Made by a program: the position numbers and the translations under genes
Shown: one piece after another, positions 1-11,896 of the stretch
Numbering within the stretch: position 1 is the first letter of the stretch
How the letters are laid out: each line of letters starts with the position of its first letter
Source of the DNA: Mobula hypostoma
Taxonomy: Eukaryota
DNA: 64,000 bases
Direction: 5' to 3'
NCBI RefSeq assembly: GCF_963921235.1
Contig: NC_086106.1
Location: 26,040,001 to 26,104,000, forward strand
The notes under the pieces: generated by a model
What the model was told of the DNA's origin: nothing
Seen by the model: only the letters and a program-made list of their open reading frames with translations
The model's database searches: none

Positions 1-329
1 TAATTGATTATCAGTCCCGCACCGAACTTTTCATTGTAAAAGGCATTTCGATGCATATATTTTCCGCACACACACAGGTGGGGGGCCGTTTGGGACCAGA
101 GACATCCCACGCATTCCACCGCCCTGCCCCGTTAACTCATTGGAATGAAAAAAAGCCCGCAAACTCCTCAATCCGGTTAAACTCTCACTGCTTCCCGTTA
201 CCCCAAACACGAGAGATTCTACAGATGCTGAAAATCCAGAGTAAAACGCAAAAAATGCTGGACCGGAGTTCTGCAGACAGCAACTATGGAAATGCATAAA
301 CAGTCAAAATTTCAGGCCGAGGCTCTTTA

Positions 330-1300
330 ATAAGGATTGGAAAGAAAACTGGAAGAAGCCAGAGAAGAAATAGGATAAGTGACAAGATGACAGGTGAAGT
401 TGGGTGGGTGGAAACCTGGAGAAGAGGGAATCTAATAGGAGAAGAGTAGACCATGTGAGAAAGGGAAAATGGACGGACGCCATGGGGGTGTGGTAGGCAG
501 GTGAGGAGAAGAGCCAGAGTGGGGAATAGAAGAAATCGGAAGGAGCAGGAGGGGAAACAATTACTGTAAGGAAAAATCAATGTCTATGCATTAAGTTGGA
601 GCCTACCTAGACGGATTATGAGGTGCTTTTCCACCGAGGTCTCACCTTGGCAGAAGAGGAGACCATACAGTCCAGTACAACATGTCAGAAAAAGAATGAG
701 AATAAGAATTAAAATGGTTGGCACCGGGAAGTTCCGTTTTTGGTTTTGGCAGATGAAGTGAAGGTGTTAGACAAAGCAGTCCCTCAATGTCCATTGGGTC
801 TCACCAATTCAGGGTATCGGGAGATCTGGGTAAATAGAGGTATCCAATGCCCTCGATACTCTGATTCCCGAGAAAGGAGCGCCTCACCTGGGAACAGATG
901 CAGCGGAGATGAAGAATATCGTTTTTACAGGAGACAGGCTAGCGGGAGGTATAGCTAAGATAATCCTTGGGATATAAAAGATGTCAGTAGACAGTTTGTC
1001 TCCAGAGATGGAGACAGAGAGATCGAGGAATGGGAGAGGGGCCTGAAATGCACTGTGAAAGCAAGGGCATGGTGGAGGTTGGAGGCAAAGTTGATGAAAT
1101 TGACAAACTCAGCATGGACTCATGAAGCAACACCAATGCAGCCATCAACGTAGCGCAGAAAGAGCTGGGAACATTACCTTGGAGAGCTTGAAACATGGAC
1201 TCTTCCACATAGCCAATGAAAAGAGAGGCATGAGGCCACTATTTCCTCTTTGGGGAACAGGTATGTGGCCGCGCAGTAACTGAAATGCTCCCGCGCACAT
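330..1300 (-). mobile_element. Degenerate Penelope-like retroelement remnant (paralogs at ~39.0-40.9 kb and 52.2-53.1 kb)
   Basis: Minus-strand peptides such as EESMFQALQGNVPSSFCATLMAALVL are frameshifted homologs of the RT at 50426-51325. Confidence 0.75.
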
Positions 1301-2030
1301 ATTTTCTTTTGTATAATGACAATGTAAGTTTTCTTTGCTGTGCTGCATTATACCCTTCAATTAATCAATTAAATTAAAAGAACGCGATTTTTTTCAATTT
1401 TCATTCCAAATATTCATATTATGCATATTACAAAAATAAATTAAATGCCTTGCAGTTTCCAGGCCATGTAAAAATTTCCTACTCATATTAATGGTTGGTC
1501 CACAGAGCTGTAAAAACATAATTAGAGGGATGACGCCCATGCACTTCACCCTGTGTATTTTCAACATGTACAAACAGCGTTAAGGGCCGAGAGACTACTC
1601 TTTTCCATAGATGCTGCCTGGCCTGCTGAGTTCCTCCAGCAATTTGTGTGTGATTATCGTTACTACCATCGGGAGGCGCTACAGGACTAGAAGACACATA
1701 CTAAACGATTCAGGAACAGATTTTTCCACTCAGCAATCTGAATTTTGGCCGATGCATGAACCCATAAGCGCTAGTTCATAATTCCTCGTTTTATATCTAT
1801 TGTTTTGTGATTTATAGTAATTTTAAGGCTCAGCAAATTTATTACTGCCGCAAAAATAACAAATTTCACATCATATGTCAGTGATAATAAGTCTGTTTCT
1901 GAATCTTGTCCTGATGGAAGTTCTCGGCCCCGAACTGTTTATTCCCCTCAGTAGATTCTTTCCGACCTGCTGACTTCCTCCAGCATTTTGTGTGTATTGC
2001 TCTGGTTTCTCCAAAGATCTGCAGAATCTC

Positions 2031-2169
2031 NNNNNNNNNNNNNNNNNNNNNNNNNNNNNNNNNNNNNNNNNNNNNNNNNNNNNNNNNNNNNNNNNNNNNN
2101 NNNNNNNNNNNNNNNNNNNNNNNNNNNNNNNNNNNNNNNNNNNNNNNNNNNNNNNNNNNNNNNNNNNNN
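2031..2169. other. Assembly gap (139 N)
   Basis: N run. The paralogous interval 55294-55340 is 47 nt, mostly (CTAT)n. Confidence 0.99.
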
Positions 2170-3299
2170 CAGTCTATCTCTGTCTCTCAACTCTCCCACA
2201 CCCCACCCCTGCAGAGGACATAATCCCTCCATGAAAAAGATATTACACTAAAGTCTGTCTGTCTCCCAATGCCACTGACTCTGTCACTCTGTCCCTATTC
2301 CTCTCTCTACTTCTTCTCATCCTCTTTGTTTTCTCACTCTATCTCTTTATCTCTCTTGGCCTCTCTCATTCACAGCGTCTTTGCCTCTATTTCGGTCTCT
2401 CGATCTTCCTGTGAACATGGAATACCAAACCAAATCTACATGTCCAACTGACTGTCAATTGCTTGTCTAAGTGTTTGTCTACTCTGATTATACAACACCG
2501 AAACAAGTCAAACTGCCTACCATATGATGATCAAGCATCAAGTTTCTATCCGCATGAATCGTTGCAGAGAAGCAACACCCACAACATGCAGGAGGGACTC
2601 AACAAGCCGGACAGCATTGATGGACAAGAGGACTGTTGACGTTTCGTTCCAAAACCTTTTGGCAGTCTTGCTGAGCTCCAGCGTCTGCATATTTTCTCTT
2701 GTTTGCAGTTGCAGTTAGGAACCATTTTCAGCAGCCTAGCCCATTGCTCTTCTGCCTTGGTAATTCAGGAATTTAAGTAGGTAATATAACATGAGAGTTT
2801 TTCATGATTCAGGGATGTCATCATCTCTAGCGAATGAACTCTTCAGTCCTCAAAAAGCAGTATGGAGCAGGGGTCAAGGCAAAGATGAATATCTACAGGT
2901 CCATGACCTGAAGAGAAAGATTCGTGCTCACGGCTTGCTTCCAAAGTGGAACATTTCATCCTGCATTTCACCCAGACTCTGGATGTCTGAGCAACGATCA
3001 TGAACAAACTCAGAACCTTTGCTTTTAAAGACCACATCCTGCACATTCATTGCATCCATCATATACACGAATGGTTTTGAGTAAGATGTAGGAAGTGTGA
3101 TTAGCTTGCAGATGAACCCAAATTTGAGGAGTTTTCTCTTTGGAGCAAAGTAAGAAAGTGTAGAAGATTACAAGAGGATTCAATTCTGTGGCTAGTCAGA
3201 GCCTATATTTCTCCCACAGCAGCAACGGTTAATACCAGAGAGTAACCTTTTAAGGAGAGTGGAGGAAAGTTGAGTGCAGATGTCAGATGTAGGAATTTA

Positions 3300-4380
3300 C
3301 ACAGAGAGTGATAAGTGGCTGTAACACATTTTTGGGAATGGTAGCAGAGGCAGATACATTAGGGACACTTAGGAGACCGTTGGATAAGCATAGGAATGAA
3401 AGAAAAATAGAAAGAGTCATGGGCAGATTGGGAGTGAAAGGTCAGATTGATCATAGAGTCGAATAAAGATCGGGACAATATCATAGGGTGAAGAGCCTGT
3501 ATTGTGCTACACTGTTCTCTGTTCATTCCATGTTCTAAATTGGTGGTGTAGTAGACAGTCAAGAAGGTTGTCTAAGGTTACAATGGGATATTGGTCAATT
3601 GGACAAGCGAGCTGGGGAATAGTACGTGGAATTTATCTCAGACATAAAGGTGAGAAATGATAAAGTTTCAGAACATCAACTGGGGAGGGGCGATGAATGC
3701 TGAGGAGTATTGTAGAGGAAACAAGCGTTCTGGTATAGATACATTCTATCCTAAAACTGACACAGATTGACAGGATGGTGAAGAAGGCATTAGACACACT
3801 TACCTTCATTGCATGGGGTACCGAATACAGGAGTTGGGATGACACGTTGCAACTGTACAAGAATTTGGTGAGACCAAATCTGGAGTCGTGTGTGCAATTC
3901 TGGTCACCCAGCTATAGCAAGGATTTCACTGAGCTGGCCGGTGTATAGAAAAGATTCACAAGGATGTTGCTAGGAAGGGAGTGCTTGGATTATGAGGCAA
4001 AATTGAACGGGCCGCCAATGAAAAAATATGGAGGAAGTCAAAGGATAAGGCAGCATCTATTGAGAGAAATGGCGACAGGAATGATATTGTGAAGCTGGAA
4101 AAGGGTCAGAAAAGATTCAAGGTGGAGAGAGAAAGGGGGAAAGAGGGAGCATTGCACTGGAGAGAGCGCAGAGGAGATTCCCCAGGATGTTGCCGGCACT
4201 GGAGGGCTTGAGTTATAAAGAGAAACTGGATAGACTGGGATCATTTTCAGGTGAGTGAAGGAGGCTCAGATGTGACAAGATAGTTTTATAACATTGTGGA
4301 TGCTATAGATTGAGCTAAGCATCTACTTCCCATGGTGTTGTTGTCTAAAACTGGAGGGTTTAAAGTGAGAAGGAAGATGA
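3300..4380 (+). mobile_element. Degenerate CR1 LINE 3' fragments (paralog ~59.5-60.7 kb)
   Basis: Remnants of LVRPNLESCVQFWSPSY and RRFTRMLPGLEGLSYKE motifs typical of the CR1 ORF2 C-terminus. Confidence 0.7.
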
Positions 4381-4877
4381 TTCAAGGGAATCACAGGGGA
4401 TAAACCTGTAATAACATAGAACATTAATTAATTTTGTAGCATTTTTTATCAGATCTTTCATTATGAACTGGAAGCTCCAAAGTACCAGCTGAAGTTTGGC
4501 AGAGAAACTTATATCAAGGCAGAGAGTGTAGGATGGGGAACACTTGGCTGGATTTCAAGAGGATTTCTGTCAACTGTATCCCTCGTGTGTAATGACAATT
4601 GGTTCACTTTACTCTCAGCATCAGCAAAACTACTGCCAAGGTAAGCCACTTAATTTTAAAAAATTAGGATGTCTCTTCTTCATAAACATTTGAGGGCTGC
4701 TCATTCCAAGGGAGAGCAGCTGCGGTAATGCTCCATGTCTTATTCTGACTGCTCGGCAAGGGGAAAGAAATGTCCCATTATTTGACTGTCCGTGTTTCTG
4801 CTACTGAAAACATTGCCTCCAACTTTTAGGCCGAGCATAATTTAACTGGCTATTGTAAGTTGCCCGATTGTGTGTGT

Positions 4878-5313
4878 ATACTTTATACTTTATACTTCAT
4901 TGTCGCCAGACAATTGATACTAGAATCATCATAGCGATATTTGATTCTGCGCTTCCCACTCCTTAGATTACAAATCGATAGTAAATATTTAAAATTTAAA
5001 TTGTAAATCATAAATAGAAAATATAAAAATGGAAAGTAAGGTAGTGCAAAGAAAACGAGATGTAGGTCCGGATATTTGGAAGGTACGGCCCAGATCCGGG
5101 TCAGGATCCGTTCAGCAGTTTTATCACAGTTGGAACGAAGTTCTTCCCAAATCTGGCCGTACGAGTCTTCAGGCACCCGAGCCTTCTCCCGGAGGTAAGG
5201 GGGACGAAAAGTGTGTTGGCTGGGTGGGTCGTGTCCTTGATTATTCTGGCAGCACTGCTCCGACAGCGTGTGGTGTAAAGTGAGTCCAAGGACGGAAGAT
5301 TGGTTTGTGTGAT
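4878..5313 (-). mobile_element. Rex1/Babar-type LINE 3' fragment, specific to duplicate copy 1
   Basis: TNLPSLDSLYTTRCRSSAARIIKDTTHPANTLFVPL C-terminal peptide; (AAGTATA)n tail; absent at the paralogous site ~61205. Confidence 0.75.
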
Positions 5314-6671
5314 GTGCAGAAGGAATAAGGAGAATAAAAGCAGAAGAACGCCTGAGTACTTAGCACGACTGCCACAGAGCTCGAGTGAACCTGGTTCAAT
5401 CCTGAGTTCGGTAGATGGAAACTGGGATGATCCGCCAGAGTGGCTGGTGGGAGAAGTAACAGTAACAAACTTCAAGAGGATTAAACACATGTGGGATTAA
5501 TCTAATTACCCAGAGTCATTGAAGCTGCACTCAACCAGGCAAATGGTCATTGCCCCATCACATAGATAGACAAGATGATGAACCCTGCGGCAATGGGCCG
5601 AAGGGGCTGTTTCTCTGCTGTGCAACTCTTTGTGATTCCCATGGTGTTCTGTTGACCTCCCTGTACTCCTCCAGGTGCAGAACCCTCGGCTTGCAAGGAA
5701 CTCAGAACCCAAGGCCTCATGGAAGAGCACTTCAAAGATTAAACAACCTCTGAGTGAAGATACGCTTCCTCTTCTTTTCCACCTAAACAATGCTGGAGGA
5801 GCTCAACAGGTCAGGCAGCATCTATGTGGGGAAATAAACACTCGATGTTTCAGGCTGAGACCCTTCATCAGGGCTGGAAAGGAAAGGAAAAAAGGGCAGA
5901 ATAAGAAGGTGGGTGAGGTGGAATAGAAACTGGCAGGTGGTAGGTTACATCAGGTAAGGGGGAAGGGGTGATGGGGGAAGGGGGCTGAGAAGTTGGGGGT
6001 GATTAGTGGAAGAAGGACTGAAGGAGAAGGAAATATAATACGATTGAACTGTGGACTACTGAATAAAAGGAAGGAGGTTGGAAACCAGTGGGAGGTGTTG
6101 TGCAGATCAAAAGCACAGGGGAGGAAAGTGGTAAAAATAGTTGACAACGCAACATTCAACAGTTATAACAGAACTAGATAAAATCATTGTGCTATACCTA
6201 AAATGATCCAGTTGCACTGGTCAATGATTATGTTTCCTGAATACACTTGCATGTATCATACATATTTTGAGCTGCTGACAATAACAATCATCAAATTTCC
6301 CTGGAAGGCAACATCTTTTGAAAGCACCTGTATTTTTATTTCAATTCACAACTCAAATCAACTAAAATGTTGCACATCATGTAAGCTGAAAAAGTTTTCT
6401 ACCGTGTCCAGGCATGCTCAGGCAGGATGGGGGCTGTATGGTAGGACAGGTTTAAGAAGGTTATAAAGCATCATACATACACCGTTCTATGCTTTGCATT
6501 TGCACGTATGTCGGTTTTCGATCATGTCGATGCTGATGCTCTACCCGCATAGCATATTTTGTGTACTCATTATAATAAAGTGATTGTATTCTCAGGAGTA
6601 TTTGTGATAGCGAAATGGCTTACCAATGTTGCAACAGCCGTGATTCTTTCTTTTTACATTTGTAGTGAATA

Positions 6672-7722
6672 GTTGGGACATGAATAGAAGAGGCCCCTAA
6701 TCATTCCCAGACGGCATCATGTTATATCCCTCCTTGTGCAATATTACCATGTGGAGTCACAATATCAAGGACGCTAATTTACCGAGAGCGCTGTCCGCTC
6801 AGATGGCTATGGCTACTGCAATCCGGGTGCCAAAGAGTGTGTAAGCAGCTTGATCTTCAATTGCATCACCTGCCGTAAGCTTCGGGGGACATGTGAAGTC
6901 CGGAAAATGGCTGACTTCCTTCCTGATAGACTCAGCATGGAACCGCCTGCTACGCATGTTGGTGTTGATGTATTTGGACCCTGGACCATCTCTGTGCGCC
7001 GTAGGAGGGGTGGCACGCCGAAAGTAAAAGATGGGCAGTTTTATTTACCTGTTTAAGCATCAGAGCTATCCACCTGGAGGTCATAGAGACAATGGACAGC
7101 TCAAGTTTTATAAATACCCTGAGAAGGTTCCTGGCGATCCGTGGGCCAGTCAAGGAAATCCGTTATGACCGGGGAACGAATTTCATCGGAGCGTGCTAAG
7201 ATCTAGGAATCTCCTCCAATGTTGATGAAGGTACGGTGAAGAGGTATCTCTCAGAAAAGAGGTGTACCTGGACATTCATTCAGCCTCTGTCCTCCTATAT
7301 GGGAGGTGCTTTGGAGAGAATGATCGGCATCACCCTCAAAATCCTGAACTCCATACTTCTCCATCCAGGGCCTTCTAGACTCACTCATGAGGTGCTCACC
7401 ATCTTTATGGCCGAGGTGATGGCCATTGTGAACAATAGGCCTCTAGTGCCCGTGTCTACAGATGCAGTAGATCCATTCATTCTCACTCTTGCCACGCTGC
7501 TCACACAGAAAAGCGGCCCTTATCCCATTCCTCCAGGTGAGTTCGACAGCAAGGACCTGTACACGAGACAGTGGCGACAGGTGCAAAGCCTCGCCAGTAC
7601 CTTCTGGGACAGATACTTGTTTACCTTGCAGTTACGAAGGAAATGGACGTCCAGTAGGTCAAACATCACACCAGGATCTGTGGTGCTCATGAGGGATTGT
7701 CAATCCAAGAGAAGTGACTGAA
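6672..7722 (+). mobile_element. BEL/Pao LTR-retrotransposon integrase fragment
   Basis: CITCRKLRG zinc finger, VGVDVFGPW, SYMGGALERMIG, EVMAIVNNRPL and RQWRQVQSLASTFW motifs across frameshifted ORFs 6850-7056 and 7236-7721; no LTRs seen. Confidence 0.88.
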
Positions 7723-7794
7723 AGATACTGGCATGGTATCTCAGGCTGACGGACAGGACGCAGCGAGTAGGAATAAAAGGGGCCTTTTCTGTTT

Positions 7795-8800
7795 GGCTGC
7801 CGGTGAGTTTTGTTCCTCCTCGGAGTCAGTATTGGGACAGCTACTTTTCACATTGTTTGTCAGTGATTTAGATAATAGAATTGATGGCTTTGTGGCAAAG
7901 TTTGAGAATGATACGAATATAGGTGGAGGAGTAGAAGTGCCGAGGTAGCAATACGATTGCAGCAGACAGACAAATTGGAAGAATGGATTAAAAAAAAAAA
8001 TTGGCAGATGAAACACAGTGTTAGGAAATGTATGATAATGCATTTTGGTAAAATGAACAATAGTGAGACCATTATCTAAATGGGGCGAAGTTTCAAATCA
8101 GCAGGGCTGCAAAGGGACTTTGGAGTCCTCGTGCAAGACTCCCAGAAAGTTAATTTACAGGTCAGGTCTACGGTAAAGAATGCAAATGCAATGTTGCCAC
8201 TTATTTCAAGGTTAATAGAATATAAAAGCGAAGTGATAATTCTGAGCCTTTATAAGACCCTAGTGTATTGTCAACAGTTTTGGGCTCTATATCTCAGAAA
8301 GTATGTGCTGTCATAAGAGGGGAGGTTTACAGGGATGATTCTGGGAATGAAGTGGTTAACATCTGAGGAGCGTTTCGCAGCTTTGGGTCTGTACTCACAG
8401 GAATTTAGAAGTATGTGGAGAGATCTATTGAAACGGAATGCTAAAAGGAGTAGATAGGCTGGATATAGAGAGGATGTTTCCTATTGTAAGGAGTATCCAC
8501 AACTAAAGGGCAGAGCCTCGTAAATGCAGCACAATCGTTTAGAACAGAGGTAAGGGTGAATTTATTTGGCAGAGGGAAGTGAATCTATGGAAAGCTCTGC
8601 TATGTACTGTGGTGGAGGCCAAGTCCGGGAGTATATTTAAGGCGGAAGTTGATCATTTCGTGAATGGTCAGGGCGTCAAAGGATATGGCGAGAAGGAAGG
8701 TGTATGGGGTTGATTGGGATCTGGAATCAGCCATGATGGAATGGCGGAACAGACTCGATGGGCTGAATGGCCTAATACTGCTCCTATGTCTTGTGGTCTT
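7795..8800 (+). mobile_element. CR1 LINE 3' fragment, degenerate
   Basis: LLFTLFVSDLD...FVAKFENDT (decayed FADD) and a GAATGGCCTAATACTGCTCCTATGTCTT terminus. Confidence 0.85.
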
Positions 8801-9330
8801 ACACCTGACAGTGATACTGCCAGTTTGAATGCTCTCCGCAATAGATTTATAGAAATTTGCGAGATTCTTTGGTGACATACCAAAAGTCCTTGAAAATTAG
8901 CCGTTATCGTGCATTCTTTGTAGCCGTATCGATATGCTGGGCGCAAGATATAGACACCTAGGAAGTTCAAATTGCTAATTATCCACTTCTCATTCCTCTA
9001 TGACGACTGGTATGCGTTACTCCTGTTGCTATTCGTGATGTCCACTCATTAAAGTCCACAATCAATTCCTTGGACTTACTGTAGTTGACTCCAAGTTTGT
9101 AGCTGTGCGACACCTCAACGAGGTGAGATATCCCTCTCCTGGACGCCCTCTCGTCACTATGTGAAATTCTCCCAACAATAGTTGTGACGTCAGCAAACTG
9201 ATAGATGGTATTTCAGTTGTGCCCAGCCACACAGTCGTGGGTGTGGAGAGAGGCGGCAGAGAGCTCTCCCTGTTGGGGTTCCAGTGCAAACTGTCGATGA
9301 CACAACACAGCACATCACGGAACGCCCCTC
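8801..9330 (-). mobile_element. Rex1/Babar-type LINE RT fragment
   Basis: Peptides LSTPTTVWLGTTEIPSISLLTSQLL and MSPKNLANFYKSIAESIQTGSITV. Confidence 0.7.
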
Positions 9331-9967
9331 CCTAAACTCTATCTATACCTCTCACTGCTTCTTTAAAATAGACAGAATAGTTAAAGACTTCACTCCGTCC
9401 AGCCATTCTCTCTTCTGACTCTTTTACGTTGGCATATGATACAACCCCTGAAACCCTGAAATCACGCACCACCAGGCTCAGTGACAACTGTTATAAGACA
9501 ATTGTATAGTTCCTTTCGACGAAAAGATATAATTTTAACCTTATTCTCTCGCGTTCTCTCTCGCTCTACATACTGCTCTTTCAACCAACATCATTCTCGC
9601 TATCTCATTGCTCTCCACGTCTCACTCTTTCATTCACTTACTCCCTCCCTAACCTTCTCCATCAATTGTACCGCCATCTTTCCCCCGCCAGATTACTGTT
9701 CCTATCTATTTCCCCTTTTGCTCGGATACTTGCAGTTATTTCTCATTCGCAAAACATTATCTACGAATTAGTTGATCTCCACTCCTCAAAGGACACTGCT
9801 ATTCCAGGTTCTGGGTGTGCTTTAATTCTTGTCCCTCGGCCCCTGCAACCTCCAGTAGCCTCTGAGCAAGGAGCTGTGTTGTCGCCTGAATGGGATGGTG
9901 TTCGATGTTCAACAGGAAATGGTGGGGCGAGGGTGCCTTCTAATGCGCCTAATATATGCAGGATGAG

Positions 9968-10092
9968 CCTTTGGCCCGAGCCGTCGCTCTGCATTAATGA
10001 GTGCTGATCCGAGCAAAAATACGCAGCGGAATCGGGCTCAAAACCGCTGGAGATATTTCAATGGAACCAGTGGCCATTTCTGTCCAAACAAC
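9968..10092 (-). pseudogene. 3' (FR3) fragment of a family-A V with decayed RSS
   Basis: Reads LDRNGHWFH*NISSGFEPDSAAYFC then an RSS-like spacer (GCAGAGCGACGGC); homologous to fragments at 19.6 and 23.7 kb. Confidence 0.7.
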
Positions 10093-10236
10093 CTGAAATC
10101 CTGACCGATGTCTTTTGCTACCGAGTTTCGTCCTCGTAAATCAAACACATGACCCTCGCAAATATTTGGGTGCGCCACTTCCAATTTTCTAGCGAAAGAC
10201 GTCCTCCAACGACCTCTTACTGCATCACACCACGAC

Positions 10237-10612
10237 ATATTTTATTGGAAGCCACAGTCTCCTTGCCATGCATTGTTCCCCATAGCACAGAAGTACACGG
10301 CGGAGTCTGACACAAGACCTCTAGAGATATTAAAATGAGCCATTTTTTCTGCCTCTCTACAAAGCAGCGGTAAATCTCACTGGACTTTCTGGAGATCCGG
10401 AGGTATATAACTTCAGCAAGTACTTTGGAGTTTCCCCAAGATGACAAATGTATCAAACACAATGCACTGACGCCATTGTAATTATAGATCAGTCCTGCGA
10501 TCTGCCCTTTCTCAAACGTTAATTCAGGCGACTGCTGAGTCACTGAATCTTGCCCACTCGCTCCTTCACGAAAAGGGCAACCAATATAATCCAAAGAACG
10601 GACGGAACACAT
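10237..10612 (-). pseudogene. Family-B TRAV/TRDV-like pseudogene with collapsed intron
   Basis: ATG at 10612 (MCSVRSL...), intron reduced to GTGAAG (10569-10564), then GASGQDSVTQQSPELTFEKGQ; frameshifted PKYLLKLY and SDSAVYFCAMG; decayed RSS CAATGCA-23-ATAAAATAT. Confidence 0.85.
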
Positions 10613-11896
10613 GGTGTCGATTGAAAAGCAGCTTACTTCCAAATAGTTAGTTACGTTCACCGATATTGCAGAATAAGATTAGTCCTGCTACCCGTCTCAG
10701 CATGTGTAATACTCGGGCCGTTGTTCAGTCAATCGATTTATTGGTGTGAACAAAAGCTCCGGTTCCCAATCAGAATTAGTAGTGCCTCACTTCGTCTGCC
10801 TGTTTCTGTTAGTCTTTACAACCTATTTTCTCTCGATCCTGCACCTTGCCTTGTCTCTCCTACATCCACTTATCTGCAATCTCACTCACTCATTCTCACG
10901 CAGACAACCATCTGCCTCTTCCTTTCTCGTCGTCTACCTCTCTCTCCCTCTTTCAAACAAGCACACACACAGTATCGCTCCCTGTCCGTACCGCATTGAT
11001 TCACAGACTGTGTCCACAGTCGCCATGTTCGTCGCCCTAACTCTTCCTTCCTTTCTACTTGCACGAGATTTAACTACCTCCGTTACTCATTCTACTAAAC
11101 TATTCATCGCTGTCCTTCCTTTTCTCAATTCCTCCCCTTTGTCGTTCATTCCCTCCCGTTTTTAATCCTTTTCCCCTCCCATTCCTGCTCTCTATCTCGT
11201 TCCTTTCCATCCAACTATCCATTATTCACTTTTTTTTCTTTCTTCCTATTTCATCGCTCACTACTTTGCACGCTTTCATCGCTCTCCCTTGCTTTTTCCT
11301 TCACGCTCTCGTCCTCTCTTTCCACGTTATCCTTTTCCATTTCTCGGGTTCTCTCTGTACCCCCACACTCAATTTCAGTTGCTCGCACTCTCTTTCCGCT
11401 GCTTTTCCGCTTCCCTCCCTCTCTCTCATCCAGCGTATTGCTCACTTGGCCACCATTCCTTTCGCTCTCTCACTTCTTCATTGCCCTCTGGGCCGCCATA
11501 TTTCACTTACACTACTCTCTCTCTCCCTCTCTCTCTCTCTCGCTCTCTCTATCCCGCCATACATCATCACAATCTCACCCCATCTTCCACTGCACTATCG
11601 CTCTTTCTGAGAACGCTATCCACACGTAATATACATGTCTCGCCTTCCTCCCCGCCGAGTCCGAAAGTAAGGGACACGCCACTGAGGACAGAGGGAAATG
11701 GGAACGTCTTTGCTCGGCAGTGGTCGGAGCGGTTTAGTGAGGGTATTGAATCACTTGCTGCTCGGCGCTGCAGACTTCAATAGCGCCACACCGGGGAGGG
11801 TACATTTTTGACAGGGTACCATGGAAGGAACTTATTTGATGTAGTGAGTGTGACTCAGGGCGCCCTCTACAGCGAGAGCCCACTACACTCAGGGTG

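Larger units (their letters stand above)
1..6671. repeat. Segmental duplication, copy 1 (paralogous to 49518-63362)
   Basis: Colinear near-identical sequence from position 1 (TAATTGATTATCAGTCCCGCACC = 49518) to ...CATTTGTAGTGAATA (6671 = 63362), apart from copy-specific insertions. Confidence 0.95.

Noticed and set aside
1948-2251. ORFs spanning N runs (also 37106-37385)
   Set aside because: Artefacts of translating gaps.
5785-5880. Short ...GCTGGAGGAACTCAGCAGGTCAGGCAGCATCTATG... repeats (also ~230, 1600, 2580, 15835, 17340, 38900, 55770, 62470) as ncRNA genes
   Set aside because: They are diverged, interspersed copies related to the Penelope terminal repeat or SINE-like elements, with no conserved RNA-gene boundaries.
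8801-9490. Twin-primed (5'-inverted) Rex1 insertion
   Set aside because: The plus-strand Rex tail at 9330-9490 also occurs in the cassette copies at 20.3 and 23.0 kb without the minus-strand part, so they are two separate insertions.
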